Of a DNA stretch of 64,000 nucleotides, positions 1 to 13,536 are shown one piece after another; the first letter of the stretch is position 1, and each line of letters starts with the position of its first letter. The stretch lies in contig OZ024743.1 in assembly GCA_964016885.1 (NCBI GenBank), forward strand, positions 241,366,001-241,430,000, in the 5' to 3' direction. Below the pieces are notes generated by a model. It did not search any database and had not been told where the DNA came from. It worked only from the letters and a program-made list of their open reading frames with translations. The translations under genes and the position numbers were made by a program. Source of the stretch: Eledone cirrhosa (Eukaryota).

Positions 1-545
1 AGTGACATCTGCTACAACAGCTACCTAACCTCGCGGAGCTGCCTCTTCAAACGCTCCGATCTTGTGGAGGAGCTCGTCAATACGGGGTCCAAATACGCCT
101 GAAGTCTCGACGGCGACTAGTGCGAAGAGGAAGTGGCCGGACAAACCCCGGTATTTGTTTATTTTACGTTCTTCTACGAGGCGGATTGCGATACCAGGGT
201 TTGTGGCCGAAGTAACTAAGCTGGAGGCGGAGAACGTGTCGCAGCAGGTGGTGTCCCAGATGAGGGATCTACCACCTTCGAATGAGACGGTGATTCTGTC
301 GAGCCGCTTGCCATCTCCGTGGTCTAGGCCTGCTGGCTCCTGTTGAGATGGAAATCCAGCTGCGTCCAGGCTTCTTCTCAATATGTCGTTGAGAGCGGCG
401 TGTCGGGGGAACCGGCCTGCGCTCCGGAGGCAAGACAGAGGTTGGAGACTGAACTAGTTAAAAACCGCCCCGCAGCGGCATTTATGTGGCTCACACATGC
501 GGAGGCCAATGCGTTATGCTACTCCGATGCGAGTGTACTCATCAT
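1..545 (-). mobile_element. C-terminal fragment of a CRE-like (restriction-like endonuclease) non-LTR retrotransposon, degenerate
   Basis: Minus strand reads CEPHKCRCG...PLSCLRSAGRFPRHAALNDILRRSL (zinc knuckle), then DGKRLDRIT...SLIWDTTCCDT...EERKINKY...VAVETSGVFG, the RLE pattern of CRE-type LINEs. Confidence 0.8.
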
Positions 546-819
546 CAAGTAGGGTACCGGTTAATGAGGAGGGCACTGAATTGAGCCACGTGCCACTGTT
601 GGGTTGAGAAACGGAGCAGAATCAGGCGAGGGCAAGTGTTCTGATTCATGTCATAGTTTATAATTGTCTGTTTTAAATCATTTGTTACGAAAATATTGTT
701 TATATTGGAACTTGAGAGGCATAACTGATGATTTTGAAGGAAAGAATATTCTTCATAATTCACCTCGGCTGCAAAATTTTCACTTTACATTGATTTAATT
801 AACGACTCTCCCAAGCCTA

Positions 820-1077
820 TAGTCTCACCAAGGTGGAGTTTATCCCATGTTAATCGGCGTTAAGTGTTTCAAAATACAATATTGCTTTCTGGACGCGGCA
901 CCAATTCTTTGCAGGGTTAACCTTCAAATGCCGCTACTGGAACCCATTTTCAGATATGTGGTCTGGGGCAACATGAAATGAAATGTTTTGCTCAAAACTA
1001 CGTGCTGCACGGCATGAGATTTACACCCATAATGATCGTTAGTCTGAAACCCTGACCACTAGATCGAGTACCTTCAA
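820..1077 (-). mobile_element. Degenerate tRNA-derived SINE (same family as 34535-34797)
   Basis: Shares cattttcag...tgaaatgaaatgttttgctcaaaa...atgatcg...ccactag blocks with the copy at 34.5-34.8 kb. Confidence 0.55.
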
Positions 1078-1385
1078 TGCATTCAAGTTTTACAATAATA
1101 CACAGCGGTACTAGTCATCTTATCGAGTCTGTAACAAGCTTTCTTATATAGGAATTAACTAACTTTCAAAAGTCATACGATAATCTTGAATATTATAGAC
1201 TTTTCGAACACCAAAAGGTGAACAAATATGCCACCCATCTTACAAGATAGTCTTCTATCACAGGCTCGAATTGACCCAATCTTAATATAATTGGATAGAT
1301 GAAAACTGTGTTGGTTACACTGCGTTCGTAACTTAAAGACCACCCGTGTCACACACAACCTCACAGTAATTTTGCCGGAGAAATA

Positions 1386-1513
1386 TGTTAAGATACAAGT
1401 ATATGTGGGATAATCAGTCACATTGTATTGCAATTAGTAAATAGGTCCACTGGTTGGCCAACTGGAGACCAACGGGTGATCCATTTAAGCTTTACAGATT
1501 TATGTCATGTTGC

Positions 1514-1573
<60 letters not shown>

Positions 1574-1685
1574 CTGTAAAGCTTAAATGGATCACCCGTT
1601 GGCCTCCAGTTGGACAACCAGTGGACCTATTTACTAATTGCAATACAATGTCACTGAGTATCCCACATATACTTGTATCTTAACA
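1386..1685. repeat. ~117-bp inverted repeat (1386-1502 / 1569-1685) flanking a (TA)n tract; probable tail-to-tail PLE ends
   Basis: tgttaagatacaag...gctttacagattta is mirrored by taaatctgtaaagc...cttgtatcttaaca with only a few mismatches. Confidence 0.85.
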
Positions 1686-3517
1686 CACACACATATATAT
1701 ATACATATCTGTTAGAATGTCGAATGTGATGTTTTGCAATTCTTTAGGAGTTTTGCGTTCTGAGTAGGCCGCCAGCGTTTCCGATGCTAAATAAGCATTT
1801 GCTTTTCCCTTGGTCAACATCGACAGCACGGAGAAGGTAGACTTTCATGCATGGATGACTACTGGTCTTCCGCAAAGAAGAAAATAAACTACCTTCTTCA
1901 AGCCTGAACCTTAGAGAGGAATTTTTTAACAGTAGATCACTGGTCTCACAAGACATACAGAGGACTTAACTATATATTTGTGTTTATCAAATTACGCTGT
2001 TCGACATATATTCCTCTATCTCTCTTATTCTGAGTATGTGTGTGTCAACTGAGTTTCATTTGTGGTGCATTATGATGCTGCAATTGATAAAAAAGGGTTG
2101 ATGTATATTTGGAAGTTTATATATACACAAACCTGACAAGCTGGTCACTTAAGTGCAAGTATGTCAATAGCATATTTCTAGCACTAAAATACAAAAATCC
2201 CTAAGCAAAACAGAAAATATATCCAAAATATATTTTAAAAGTGCATCCAAAATACTTTTTAAAATATATCCCAAATTACAAAATACAACTGAAAAATAAA
2301 TTTTAGAATATACAACTGCAAACGCAGTTCTCTGTTCAATATTCTTTGCCATCAAATTTGACTTTATATCCTGTAGAATTCTAATATTACTTACTCTTTT
2401 GTCCTAGTTTGGGAAAATCAACTGACAACTGACAGCATTAAAAAAATAAAAGACTGTCTGTATTAAGTAGAATCCTACTTTCTTGACAGTTTGTCTTCGA
2501 CATTTTTCATGATGAAGCCAGACGTCTCAGAATTTCCAGGTTTTTTCTTTCTTTTCCTCACTTCAAGTCATGCGTTCACGGTGTTGTTTTTTATATCAAT
2601 AATGATTTCCGATACAGAAAGGGAAACTTTTCTTGTATGTAAACTCTTATATGAATGGAAATGCTGGAAATAGCGAACAATATATAGTGATCAGCTACGT
2701 TATTCTGATGTATGCGTTCAAGTTGCTTTAAAGTTCACTTCCGACTTCCTTTTGAGGAAACGAATAAAATGAAATGTGAAAATATTATTTCTAGCATGAA
2801 TACAAGGTCACAAAATTATAATCAGGGTATAGTCAATCTTATAGGTTGCAGCAATTTTCAAGGACTGATCTTGTCGATAACTGAAGGATGACAGCATAAA
2901 CATCGACGTTGGAAATATTTGAACTCATACAAAAGCTAGTTTAGTCGATTAAACACTGCTACGTGTTTTGTTTCAAATCCACACCGAGACTAAATCGAAA
3001 TTCTATTATTCTGTTGTTGATAAAATAAAGTACCAGCCATATTACTGGCTCAATTTAATCCATTGCTCTATTCTACTAAATTTGAGGCATCGTATCTATG
3101 CTTAAGACTTGAAGCTATTTCTAGGTCAATTGACTCCTCAAGAAGGAGCTTATGTCATTTTTATTGGAGTTAAACGACTGGAAGTGCAATATGCCAGTCC
3201 TTCCCGAGGTTAACTAACAATTGCTGGAACATAATTTTTCAGTTGAGGGGACTGGACCAACGAGTAATGCTGATCAGTTCTTCCGTATCTAGGGATGTGT
3301 ATGCTCAACTTGTGTGCGAATATTTTTATTTGTCAAAATCCTGCATTGTAGCAGATTACAATAAGCTAACATATATTCAAATTTGATCAACGCTTCGAAA
3401 ATATGATAGATACGTTGTATATATATATATATATATATATAATGAAAAATTGAACAGGGACAGAACAGAGAGGCAGTACGATAAATGTTTATTAAATTCA
3501 CGCTCAGGAGAGTGGGG

Positions 3518-3549
3518 GACGACGTTTCGGGCATAAGCCCTTCTTCAGG
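3518..3549 (-). ncRNA. Minimal hammerhead-ribozyme-like motif in PLE pLTR
   Basis: Minus strand CUGAAGA-A-GGGC-UUAU-GCCC-GAAAC-GUC-GUC. Stem I is not evident. Confidence 0.7.
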
Positions 3550-4334
3550 TGAGAAGTGTGTGGGAACAGAGTTCGAAAGGTGTGTAGGGGAGTGGTGGAG
3601 AGACATATAGCGAAAGGAAACGGTGCGAATGAAAAATTAACAAATAAAGACAAAAAATATAATAAATAATAAATAAAAATAAAGCATGATCAAAATACAA
3701 GGAATGAGAAAATTTAAAAATAAAGGCATGATCAAAATAAACTGAAATTAAAAGGGCGGTAAACAGGTGGTGGAAGGGTGTGGGGTGAGTAGGGGTGGTG
3801 GCGGGTGGAGTGGGGAGAGGGAGACGGGGTGTCCGAGCGGGGAGGGCTGAAGGTGGTGTGTGTGGTTAGGTGTGCGTGTGTGTGTGTGTGTGTGTGTATG
3901 TGAAAATGAGGGTTGGGGGAAGAACGGGGTTGCATGTTCAGGAAGGTGTGTGTGGGGGGTGTTTTTGTGGGTCGGAGTGTCTGTGCGTGTGTGGATAGGG
4001 GGGTGGGGGGAGAGGAATCAGGAGGCTGAGGGTGTAAATATGTGGTGGGAAGCACGTGTGTGTGGTTTAAGCGTGTTGTGGGTGTGGGTGGCGTGTGGAT
4101 AAAAAAATTTTTTGGGGGTGTGTGTGTGGGTGAGTTATATAGGTGATGGTGTAAGAGGATGGTTGAAAAGTTGGTAAGTTCCGCGGATGTATGGAGATTT
4201 TGGTTAGAAGTCAATATCGCGTGTGGGTAATCCAAGAATATATATATATAGTTAAAACTTAGACGGGAAGGGAACGAAAACAGAGAGGCAGTACAAATAA
4301 GAGTTTATTAGGTTCACGCTTTTGAGAGGGGGGG

Positions 4335-4368
4335 CGACGTCGTTTCGAGCATGAACCCTTCATCAAGA
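4335..4368 (-). ncRNA. Minimal hammerhead-ribozyme-like motif, second pLTR copy
   Basis: Minus strand UUGAUGA-A-GGGU-UCAU-GCUC-GAAAC-GAC-GUC, at the position homologous to 3518-3549. Confidence 0.6.
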
Positions 4369-7052
4369 GAAAAGTGGATAGGAAGAGTTCCGAGGGTGTG
4401 GGAGGGGGAGTGGTGGAAAGACATTTAGAAAAAAGGGGGGAGAGAAAGGGGAGGAAAAACGATTGAAGTAGAAATAAAAATAAAAATAAACATAAAAATA
4501 AACATAAAAATAAACAAGTGATGGAAGGGTGTGAGGCGTGTAGAGGTGGTGGCGGGTGGAGTTGGGAGAGTGAGGCGGGGGTCCGAGCGGGGAGGGCTGG
4601 AGGTGGTGTGTGTGTATGTGTGTAGGTGTACCTGTGTGTGTGCGTGTGTATGTGAATGTGAGAGTTGGGGGAAGAACGAGGTTCCATGTTCAGGAAAGGT
4701 GTGTGCGTGGGGTGGGGTGTAAGTCGGTGTGTGTGTGCGTGTGGATGGAGAAGGGTCAGAGGAGTGGGGATTCCGGAGGCTGAGTGTGTATATGTGGGGA
4801 TGCGCACGTGTGTGTTTGTGTTTATACGTGGTGTGGATGTAGGTGCCGTTGTTCGAAAAAAAATTTGAGTGTTTGTTCGTGGGTAAGTTCCTAAGGTAGT
4901 TCCGTGGAGTGTGCGATAAGGTGTTGGATAGTTCTCATGTTATAGAGTGGATAGCTGGAACGATGACCGGTGGTGTGGAATCCATTACTGGTGGTGGTCG
5001 GAAGTGGAGAGATGTGGGATGCGCGCGCAACAGGAAGTGGTCAGACGGTCAAGCCAGGGTGAAGAGATAGCAGTAGAGGAGGATGACACGTGGAGAAATG
5101 ATGTATGTGGTGAGGACTGTGTGTCTGTGTGTGCGGAGGTGCGGTGGACAGGGGAGAGGATGGGTAGGTGTGAAAGGTAGAGGGGGAAGGTGGTGATGTG
5201 GAGGATGGGGTGTATATTAGTAGAGGTGTTAGTGGGATGTGGGTGTGAAGGGGTGTATGTGGAGCGGGGAGAGGGAGAGAAAAGGTGTTGGGGACGGAGG
5301 AGGGAGTGTAGTGTACTGGTGTGTGTGTGGTAGAAGGGGTGTTAGTATTGTTAGTTGTGGGGTGGCCCAAGGGGTGGGGCGGTGAAAAGGAGGAGTGTGT
5401 AAGTGGTGTTAGTGGGGGAAAGGTGGGCGGTCGTAGGCTAAAGGAATAGGGGTGGGGAGTTCAGGGTGGGGAGGGGGTCTGTAGGGTGAAGATGGCGACG
5501 GAGATGTCTAAGAAGTGGAAGTGAACAGAGAGGGAGTGGCCGTGGACAGCACCGGCGCGAGTGAGGGCGGTGTGGACGAGGGAGGGGGATAACCCTCTGG
5601 ATGAAATGGCTGACTAGGGAAAAGGCCTGAGACTCAAAGTCAGCATCTCGGCTGCAGAGGCGGCGGATCCGGGGGAGTTGGGAGTAGGTAATAGGTTGTT
5701 TAGTGAGTGTAGGGGGGGAGGTGAAGTCGAGGTCGGAGTGGGAGTCGGTGGGTTTGAAGAAGGCGGATGTAACGAGAGAGCGGTGGGAGGCATCGATGGC
5801 GACGGAGATGTCTAAGAAGTGGACGTGGATGGTGGAGATAGAGGTGGTGAAGTGGAGGGAGGGGTGGAAGGAGCAGAAGAGGGAGAGAAAGGACCCGAGC
5901 TCTTCTTGGGTGAGGGTCGTGGCTTCGATACAGTCGTCGATGTAACGACCGTACAGTTCGGGCGTGGGGCCGGTGTACCGGGTAAAGATTTGGGCCTCAA
6001 CATGGCCAACGAAAAGGTTGGCACAGTTTGCGCCAATTCTTGTGCCTATGGATACCCCAGTGATCTGTTTGTAAAACTCGCCCGAGAAGGAGAAGCAGTT
6101 GAGGGTGAGGACCAGCTCGGCGAGGCGAAGGAGGGTGGGGGTGGAGGGGATGGGAGAATGGCGAAGGTCGAGGTAGTGCTGGAGGACACGTATGCCGTCG
6201 GCGTGGAGGATAACAGTATAGATGGTCTTGATATCTAGGGTGAAGAGGAGGGGTGTGGGCCGGGTGAGAAAGTGTGGGAGTCGAACAGGCGAAGGGCGTG
6301 GTTGGTGTCGGAGATATTAGAGGGGAGTTTGCTGACGAGGGGGGCGAGGATGAAGTCAAGAAAGGCGGAGATGAGTTCGGTGGGGCAGTTGCAAACGGAG
6401 ACGATTGGGCGGCCGGGGTTGTCGGGTTTGTGGAGTTTGGGGAGGAAGTAGATAGAGGTGGTGCGGGGGCTGCGGACGCTGAGGTGGGAAGCGGTGGGAG
6501 GGAGGAGGGAGGAGGACACAAGGGTTGGATGGTAGAGCAAACTTGTTGTTGGTAGAGGGGTGTGGGGTGGGAGGGTAGAGGGCGGTAGAAGAGGGTGTGA
6601 CGGAGCTGCCTGAGGGCTTCGGCCGTGTAGAGGTCAGCACGCCATACCACCACGGCCCCTCCCTTGTCCGCCGGTTTCATGACGATGTCATCTCGGCTGC
6701 AGAGGGAGCGGAGAGCGGAGTTCGCCCCGTGAGATGTTATTCCGTTGGGACCGGTGGTGGAAGTCGAAGCAATTTACTGCGCTACGGCAGGTGTCGACGA
6801 ACGTGTCCAGGGTGCTAAATTGCCCTGGGGCCGGCGTCCAAGACGATGGTCGTCGCCGCAGGGCGAGAAACGGGTTTGGGGCGTTCGGAGCCGGTGGGGT
6901 TTGATGAAAATGAGCCTGTAAATTCGTGCGTAGTACAAATCGCTCGACCTCCGTTCGGATGCGGAACTTGTCGCTGTGCGGGGTGTGGGGTATAATAGAA
7001 GGCCTCTACTGAGGAGTGACCGCTCAGGTGCGGAGAGGGGGAGGGTAGGGGG

Positions 7053-7149
<97 letters not shown>

Positions 7150-7254
7150 CGTGTGTGTGTGTGTACGTGTGTGTGTCTGTATATGCGTGCGTGTACAGTT
7201 AAATGCGTGTGTGCATGTGTATGAGCGCTCATTTGTATTTGTAAATGAAAGTAA

Positions 7255-7495
7255 TGAGTAGATTATTTCAATTACAGAAATATCTCCTTTGTTAAGCCTT
7301 CCAGGTAAAGTCTATGCTAAGTGTCTGGCAAAGAGATTGTTGAAGGACATTTCGGCTTTCAGCAAGCTAGCTAATGAACATTTCGGCTTTCGCCCGAACG
7401 AAACACAACCAACCAAATATTTACACTGCGGGATCTCTTCGAGAAATCGTTTGAATATTTCCAAGAGGTACATTCTTGTTCTGTAGACATCCTCG
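7255..7495 (+). mobile_element. RTE-like LINE reverse transcriptase fragment
   Basis: ISLLSLPGKVYAKCLAKRL...EHFGFRP...QIFTLR resembles the N-terminal RT motifs. Confidence 0.7.
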
Positions 7496-9145
7496 GCAAG
7501 TAATCGTTTGGCTTCTCTTCAACATTAAGTAATAGCAACCAAAACTCTCTAAACTCATGCCATACGCTTTTGAAACAGAAAGAACATATACTGGTTTAAT
7601 GGAAATGCTATTTCTTGATAACAAGTCGGGGTGGGGTGGGGTACAAAATGGTATGTCTTTAGTTGTACATTTGATCAAATATGGCTTACGTTGGCCTGAA
7701 CAACTTTAAAAAATAACTGAGACCATAACACCAATTAACATTAACACGAGCGGGCTTCTTCGTGTTCCCTCGACATGCTAAAAATTACCAGCACATTTTT
7801 TTCTTAAATTTCACCCCAGTAGCTTTTAAAAATAGGGTTGATACATTAGAAAATATACTTCATGGTTACAAAATGACTTTCGTCATGGGTCTGCTGGACC
7901 AGGGCTGACTCAGTATTTAATAACAACTACTACAACAATAGAAACTAATAGGAGTCAATTTTGAGAGATAAAATTGAAACATTTACATAAGAGGAAATGA
8001 TTTATAGAGAAAGTTGATAGAAGACAAACAAAAAGTATAAAAGGAAGAGGGAAAACAAATGGTTATATTATAATCATCATAACACATTATAATTCAGTCA
8101 TTATATAAGGATTGTGCTATACATGGTACTGAACTATCGGAGAGCGGGCGGTACTTATCGATATCTTCTTCTTCTTCTTCTTCTTCTTGCCTACGAAATA
8201 GTCTCGGGGGTGTTGCCGTTGTCCTGATCGAGATCAAAGATCAGTGATCGATTTCTAAACCCCACCACGAGGAGGTCGACAAACTTCGACCACGATGTTG
8301 ATGATGACGATGATGATAACATAGTTGGCATCATCATCATTGTGGTCATCGTCGTCATTGTCACGAATAACACCAACATCAACATCAACAGAATCATCAT
8401 CATAATAATAATCATTCTCTCCTTTTATTGAAGATATAAAATAGAATGACAGAAATATGATTTTGGATTGCCACATCCTGCTCATTAGATACTAACCCCC
8501 CACCCTCCACACACACATACATACACACACGCACACAAACACATACACACACATACAGATACACACACACACACATACATACACATACACACACACACAC
8601 ACACACGCAAACACAAATAAGTATATATATATATGTGTGTGTGTGTGTGAGTATGTGTGTGTGTACGTATTTGTTTGTGTATGTTTATGTTCTGTGTATG
8701 TATGTGTGTTTATGTATGCATGTATATGCGTGTATATATATATATATGTATATTTATATATATATATATATGTGTGTATGTATGTATGTATGTATTATGT
8801 CTGTATGTATGCATGTGTATGTGTGTAAGTGTGTGTAAATGTGTGTGTGACGGAGACTGTGTTGTGTGATCTTCCGGTCTGAAATCCTAAGAAACACCTG
8901 CCATATTGATAGCAGCCATCAAAAGGAATTTACTAGAAATAGTCATGTGACTGGACGGAATGGCGTCTGACGCCATTTTCTTGAATATAATCATCTTACT
9001 TCGGAATATATTCATATATTTCATTTCCTCACTTTCCCTAGATTTCTGCTTCCAAACGTTTTCTTACTATCTTGTCTCTAGCTTTTTGTCTGTTTCACCC
9101 TCTTTCCATATACTTATCCATATTTGTATAGGGTGGGTTTACTTT

Positions 9146-9227
<82 letters not shown>

Positions 9228-9320
9228 TTATATATATTATATATATACACACAAATATATATATATATACACACAAATATATATATATACAAATATATAC
9301 ATATACATATATATATACAT

Positions 9321-9374
<54 letters not shown>

Positions 9375-10742
9375 TGGATAGATAGATAGATTTTATCCTC
9401 ATCAGAGGACGTGATAGATGGACGGTCGTAAACACAAAGGCCTTCCCTAGTGAGGAATGTACCTCCCAACATAACTTAGTTGTCAGCGACCTCACTGTCA
9501 GAACTAGACGACATTTCAAACAGAAGGCAACCTGGAGAAGAAAGATTTGGAAGCTGAAAGAACCCCTCAGCCAGTAACAGATTTAAAGATATTTTACTCG
9601 ACGCCTATGACAGTAAAGAAGAACAGATACAGACATTCAATGTAGAAGAGCACTGGGAGTTCCTAAAATATAACTTACTAAAGGCGACGAACGAGATCTG
9701 TGGTTGGAGCAAGACCACCGTGACTTGGTGGTGGAACAATAAGGTAGATGAGGCAGTTAAGACTAAGAGACAAGACAGGAATGGACGATTGGAAGAACGG
9801 GGGGAGCAGGGTACATTACATAGAGACCAGGAGGGAAGCTAGGCGACAAGTATACATAACTAGAAGGGAAGCGGAGGATAGAAAATTGAAGCATGTTTTG
9901 CAACGTGAGGACCAGAAACAGGAGGTGTTCCAAGATTGCGAGGCAGTGTGTCAGAGAGAATTGTGATGTCATTCGAGAGAAGTGTATCCGGAATGATAAA
10001 GGTGAGCTTGCCCTCACAAGTGCTGAGAAGAAAGATGCGTGGAAGAGCCATTATGAAAGATTACTAAATGAAGAGAATGCATGGGAAAAAATGTCCCTAC
10101 TCCAAGTAGACCCTATAGAGGGGCCAGCAGTACAAGTCAGCAGCAGCGTAGTAAGTAAGGCAATCAAAGATATAAAGACGGGGAAGGCAATCGGTCCATC
10201 AGATATAGCTGCCGAGATGCTGAAGGCATCTGGGTCGGTAGGTCACACCATAACTACACGTATTGTTAACTAGGTAATACTAGATGGTGTCATACCAAAG
10301 GATTGGTGCAGCAGCATCATTATCAACTGCTACAAGGGTAAAGGGGATGCACTAGATAGAGGAAACTATAGAGGTATAAAGCTGATGGACCAGGTCATGA
10401 AAGTAATGGAAAGAGTTTATAGCACAGTTGATTAGGGACCGGGTGAAACTAGATGAGACGCAATTTGGGTTTGTGCCAGGAAAAGGCACCACTGATGCCC
10501 TCTTCCTTGTGAGGTAGTTACAGGAAAAGTACCTAGCTAAAAGTAAGCCGCTCTACCTGGCATTCGTCGATCTGGAGAATGCCTTTGACAGAGTACCCCG
10601 TGCTATAATCTGGTGGGCTCTTAGAAAACTAGGAGTAGATGAATGGTTTGTGAAAGCTGTACAAGCCATGTATAGGGAAGCAGTCAGCAAAGTTAGGATT
10701 AGCAATGACTATAGCGAGGAATTTAGCATACAACTCTGTTCT

Positions 10743-11904
10743 GTGCAGAGCAGATCTTTACGTTACGCCGCATCATTGAGAGGTACAACGAATTCCAGAG
10801 GCCCCTCGCCGTCAGCTTCATCGATTTCTCCAAAGCATTCGATAGCATTCATCGACGTCACTCTGGAGCATCATGCATGAGTATGGTCTGCCCCAGAAAG
10901 TCATTTCGGCAATCAAACAGATTTACGCAAGCTTTAAGTGCTGCATACGGACAGAGAATGGTTACAGTGACTGGTTTGAGGTGGTTACTGGTGTGCGTCA
11001 GGGTTGCTCGCTCTCTCCAATTCTCTTTGCCATAGCCATTGACTAAGAAGAGCGTCTAAAGACCAGGGTATATCTTGGGTGGGAGAGCAAAAGTTGTCTG
11101 ACCTGGACTTTGCGGACGATATTGTTGCACTTGCAGAGAGCACAGCTGACCTGCAAATAATTATGAACAATATCAATGTCGAAGCAGGAAGCTTAGGTCT
11201 CAATATCAGTGCTAAGAAGACCAAAAGCATGTTATCTGGGACACACCCATCACCAACTGGTGTTTTCATTGAACAGGGGGAGGTGGAGATAGTGGACAAC
11301 TTCACCTACCTAGGAAGCTCCATTGACAATGGGGGCGCCATGGACAGTGAACTGCAATGTAGAATGGGAAAGGCTTCAGCAGCATTTAACCAGCTTGTCA
11401 AGATCTGGAAGAGCAGGAAGTTCACTCTCAAAACAAAGATGAGATTGTACAACAGCAACGTGCTGTCCACACTCTTGTACGGAAGTGAAACATGGCACCT
11501 TAAGACCAGCCAAGAGAAAAAGTTGGACGCATTCGATTCCAGGTGTCTGCGAAAGATCCTGGGGATTAAATGGAGTGATCATGTAACAAACCAGGAAGTC
11601 AGGAACCGCACCAACCAGCAGCTAGTCTCTTCTGCCATTTGCAAGCGACGCCTGGGCTGGTTTGGGCACGCTTTGAGACTTCCCCCGGAGAGACTGGCGA
11701 ACCAAGTATTTAAATGGAACCCACAGGGAAGCAGACGGAGAGGGCGACCCAAAATGAACTGGCGCCAGACAGTTGAGAGGGACCTGCGAGCGACAAACAG
11801 ATAATGGCGGGACGCTGTGCAACTGGCTGCTGACCGAACGCGGTGGAACACTATGATTGCCTCATGCGTCGCAAGACGCGGGAGCTTCTGAGTCTGAGTC
11901 TGAG
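10743..11904 (+). mobile_element. 5'-truncated RTE-like LINE nested in the host RTE, with (CTGAGT)n tail and 8-bp TSD
   Basis: EQIFTLRRIIER...FIDFSKAFDS, GVRQGCSLSP, and the 241-aa ORF 11079-11804 (LDFADD, FTYLGS, RRLGWFGH, RGRP). TSD tctgttct at 10735-10742 and 11905-11912; the host frame resumes at SVLSPLLF. Confidence 0.92.
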
Positions 11905-12455
11905 TCTGTTCTTAGCCCTCTCCTATTCAACATAGTTTTGCAGGCAATAACGGAGGAGTTTAAGACCGGATGCCCATGAGAACACTCCTGTATGCAGATA
12001 ACCTTGCACTTATAGCTGAATCTATGGTAGAACTAGAGAATAAATTCCAAACATGGAAGCAGGGACTAGAGGGGAAGGGTCTCAAAGTCAATCTGACAAA
12101 GACTAAGGTCCTTGTAAGTAGACGAGAAAACAGAACCTAGAACCCTTCAGGGAAAGGCCTTGCTCAGTATGTAGGAAAGATGTCGTTAGGAACTCCATCC
12201 TCTGCCCCAAATGCAAACAATGGGTACTCAAGAGATGTAGTGGGATCTCAGGAAGCTTATCTAAGAATGTAGGCTTCACATGTAGCAGCTGCGCTGGGAC
12301 AGCAAGCAGGACACGGCCACGGGAAACAAGCGCCACCAAACTCTGGGAGGGCTCTGTAGGAACCGTAGACAGCTTCTGCTACCTAGGTGACCGAATTAGC
12401 AGCGGAGGTGGGTGTTGGGAAAGTACAATAACTAGGGTAAGAACGGGATAGAAGA

Positions 12456-12521
12456 AGTTCAGGGAACTACTGCCACTGCTAGCTGCAGTAGTTCAGGGAA
12501 CTACTGCCACTGCTAGCTGCA
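12456..12521. repeat. 34-bp tandem duplication within the RTE
   Basis: agttcagggaactactgccactgctagctgca occurs at 12456 and 12490. Confidence 0.9.
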
Positions 12522-13295
12522 AAAGGCTTTTCCCTCAAAATGAAAGGAAGACTGTATGATGCGTGTATACGAACAGCAATGTTACATGGTAGTGAGATCT
12601 GGGCGCTGTCTGTAGAAGACTTGCATAGATTAGAAAGAAACAAAGCCTGCATGCTCCGATGGATGTGTAATAGTAATATACACGAATGGCAAAGCATAAA
12701 CGAATTGAGAGAGAGACTGAGCATAAGAGGAATCAAATGCTGTGTGCAGGAGAGGAGGTTGCGTTGGTATGGACATGTGATGCGTATGAAGGATGACAGC
12801 TGCATAAAAAAGGTGTAGAGCACTAGAAGCTGATGGAAGCCGGGGAGTGGGGAGACCCAAGAAGACTTGGGAGGTGATAAAAGCCGATCTTACGCAATTA
12901 CACCTCTCAAAGGCGATGACACACGGCCGTGACCTCTGGCGTCACGCAGTAATACAGAAGACCCGACCCCCACAGGTACAAGCCGAAGCTGAAGCATATA
13001 GACAATATACCCCCACCCTCTCCGACTGCAAAGTGGTCGTGGAGGTGCCACGGCAAAAAAGCACCCAGCCCACACTGTAAAGTGGACGTGTAGGCGCCAC
13101 GGGAAAAAATCACCCACCACTCAATGTAAATGAGGTTGGTGTTAGGAAGGGCATCCAGCTATAGAAATGAAGCCAGAATCAGTTCCCGTATGAGCAAGAC
13201 ATGGTCAGCCGACCGGGCACTGCCCACAACAGGACAACCCATCTAACCCATGCTAGCGTATAAGAATGGACGTAAAACGGTGATGATGTATACAG

Positions 13296-13332
<37 letters not shown>

Positions 13333-13389
13333 CATAAATATATCTATGTATATATATATATATACATACATATATGTGTGCGTGTGTAC

Positions 13390-13462
<73 letters not shown>

Positions 13463-13536
13463 TTATGACTTAGGATAACGGTAGCTACCAACATCTTTTG
13501 CGTAGATTTATTAATTTAGACATTAATATATATATA

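Larger units (their letters stand above)
3440..7055 (-). mobile_element. Penelope-like element (Neptune-like RT), frameshifted, with two diverged tandem pLTR/3' tails (3440-4236 and from 4252)
   Basis: Motifs KPADKGGAVVVW, FLPKLHKPDNPGRPIVS, ELYGRYIDDC, HFLDISV, FKPTDSH and RIRRLCS across 5520-6720. Both tails begin cagagaggcagtac...tttatta...ttcacgct and carry an HHR-like motif. Flanked by (TA)n. Confidence 0.9.
9475..13288 (+). mobile_element. RTE-clade LINE (host element), degenerate and interrupted by a nested LINE
   Basis: WWWN, KTGKAIGPSDIAAEMLK, YKGKGDALDRGNYRGIKL, FGFVPGKGTTDA, FVDLENAFDRVP, LYADNL, FCYLGD, RRLRWYGHVMR and GRPKKTW. The 3' end is ggacgtaaaacggtgatgatg. Confidence 0.92.

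Noticed and set aside
1744-2340. Possible hAT transposon remnant (CLFSIG..GG; aaaatac subrepeats)
   Set aside because: The similarity is too short and degenerate to support.
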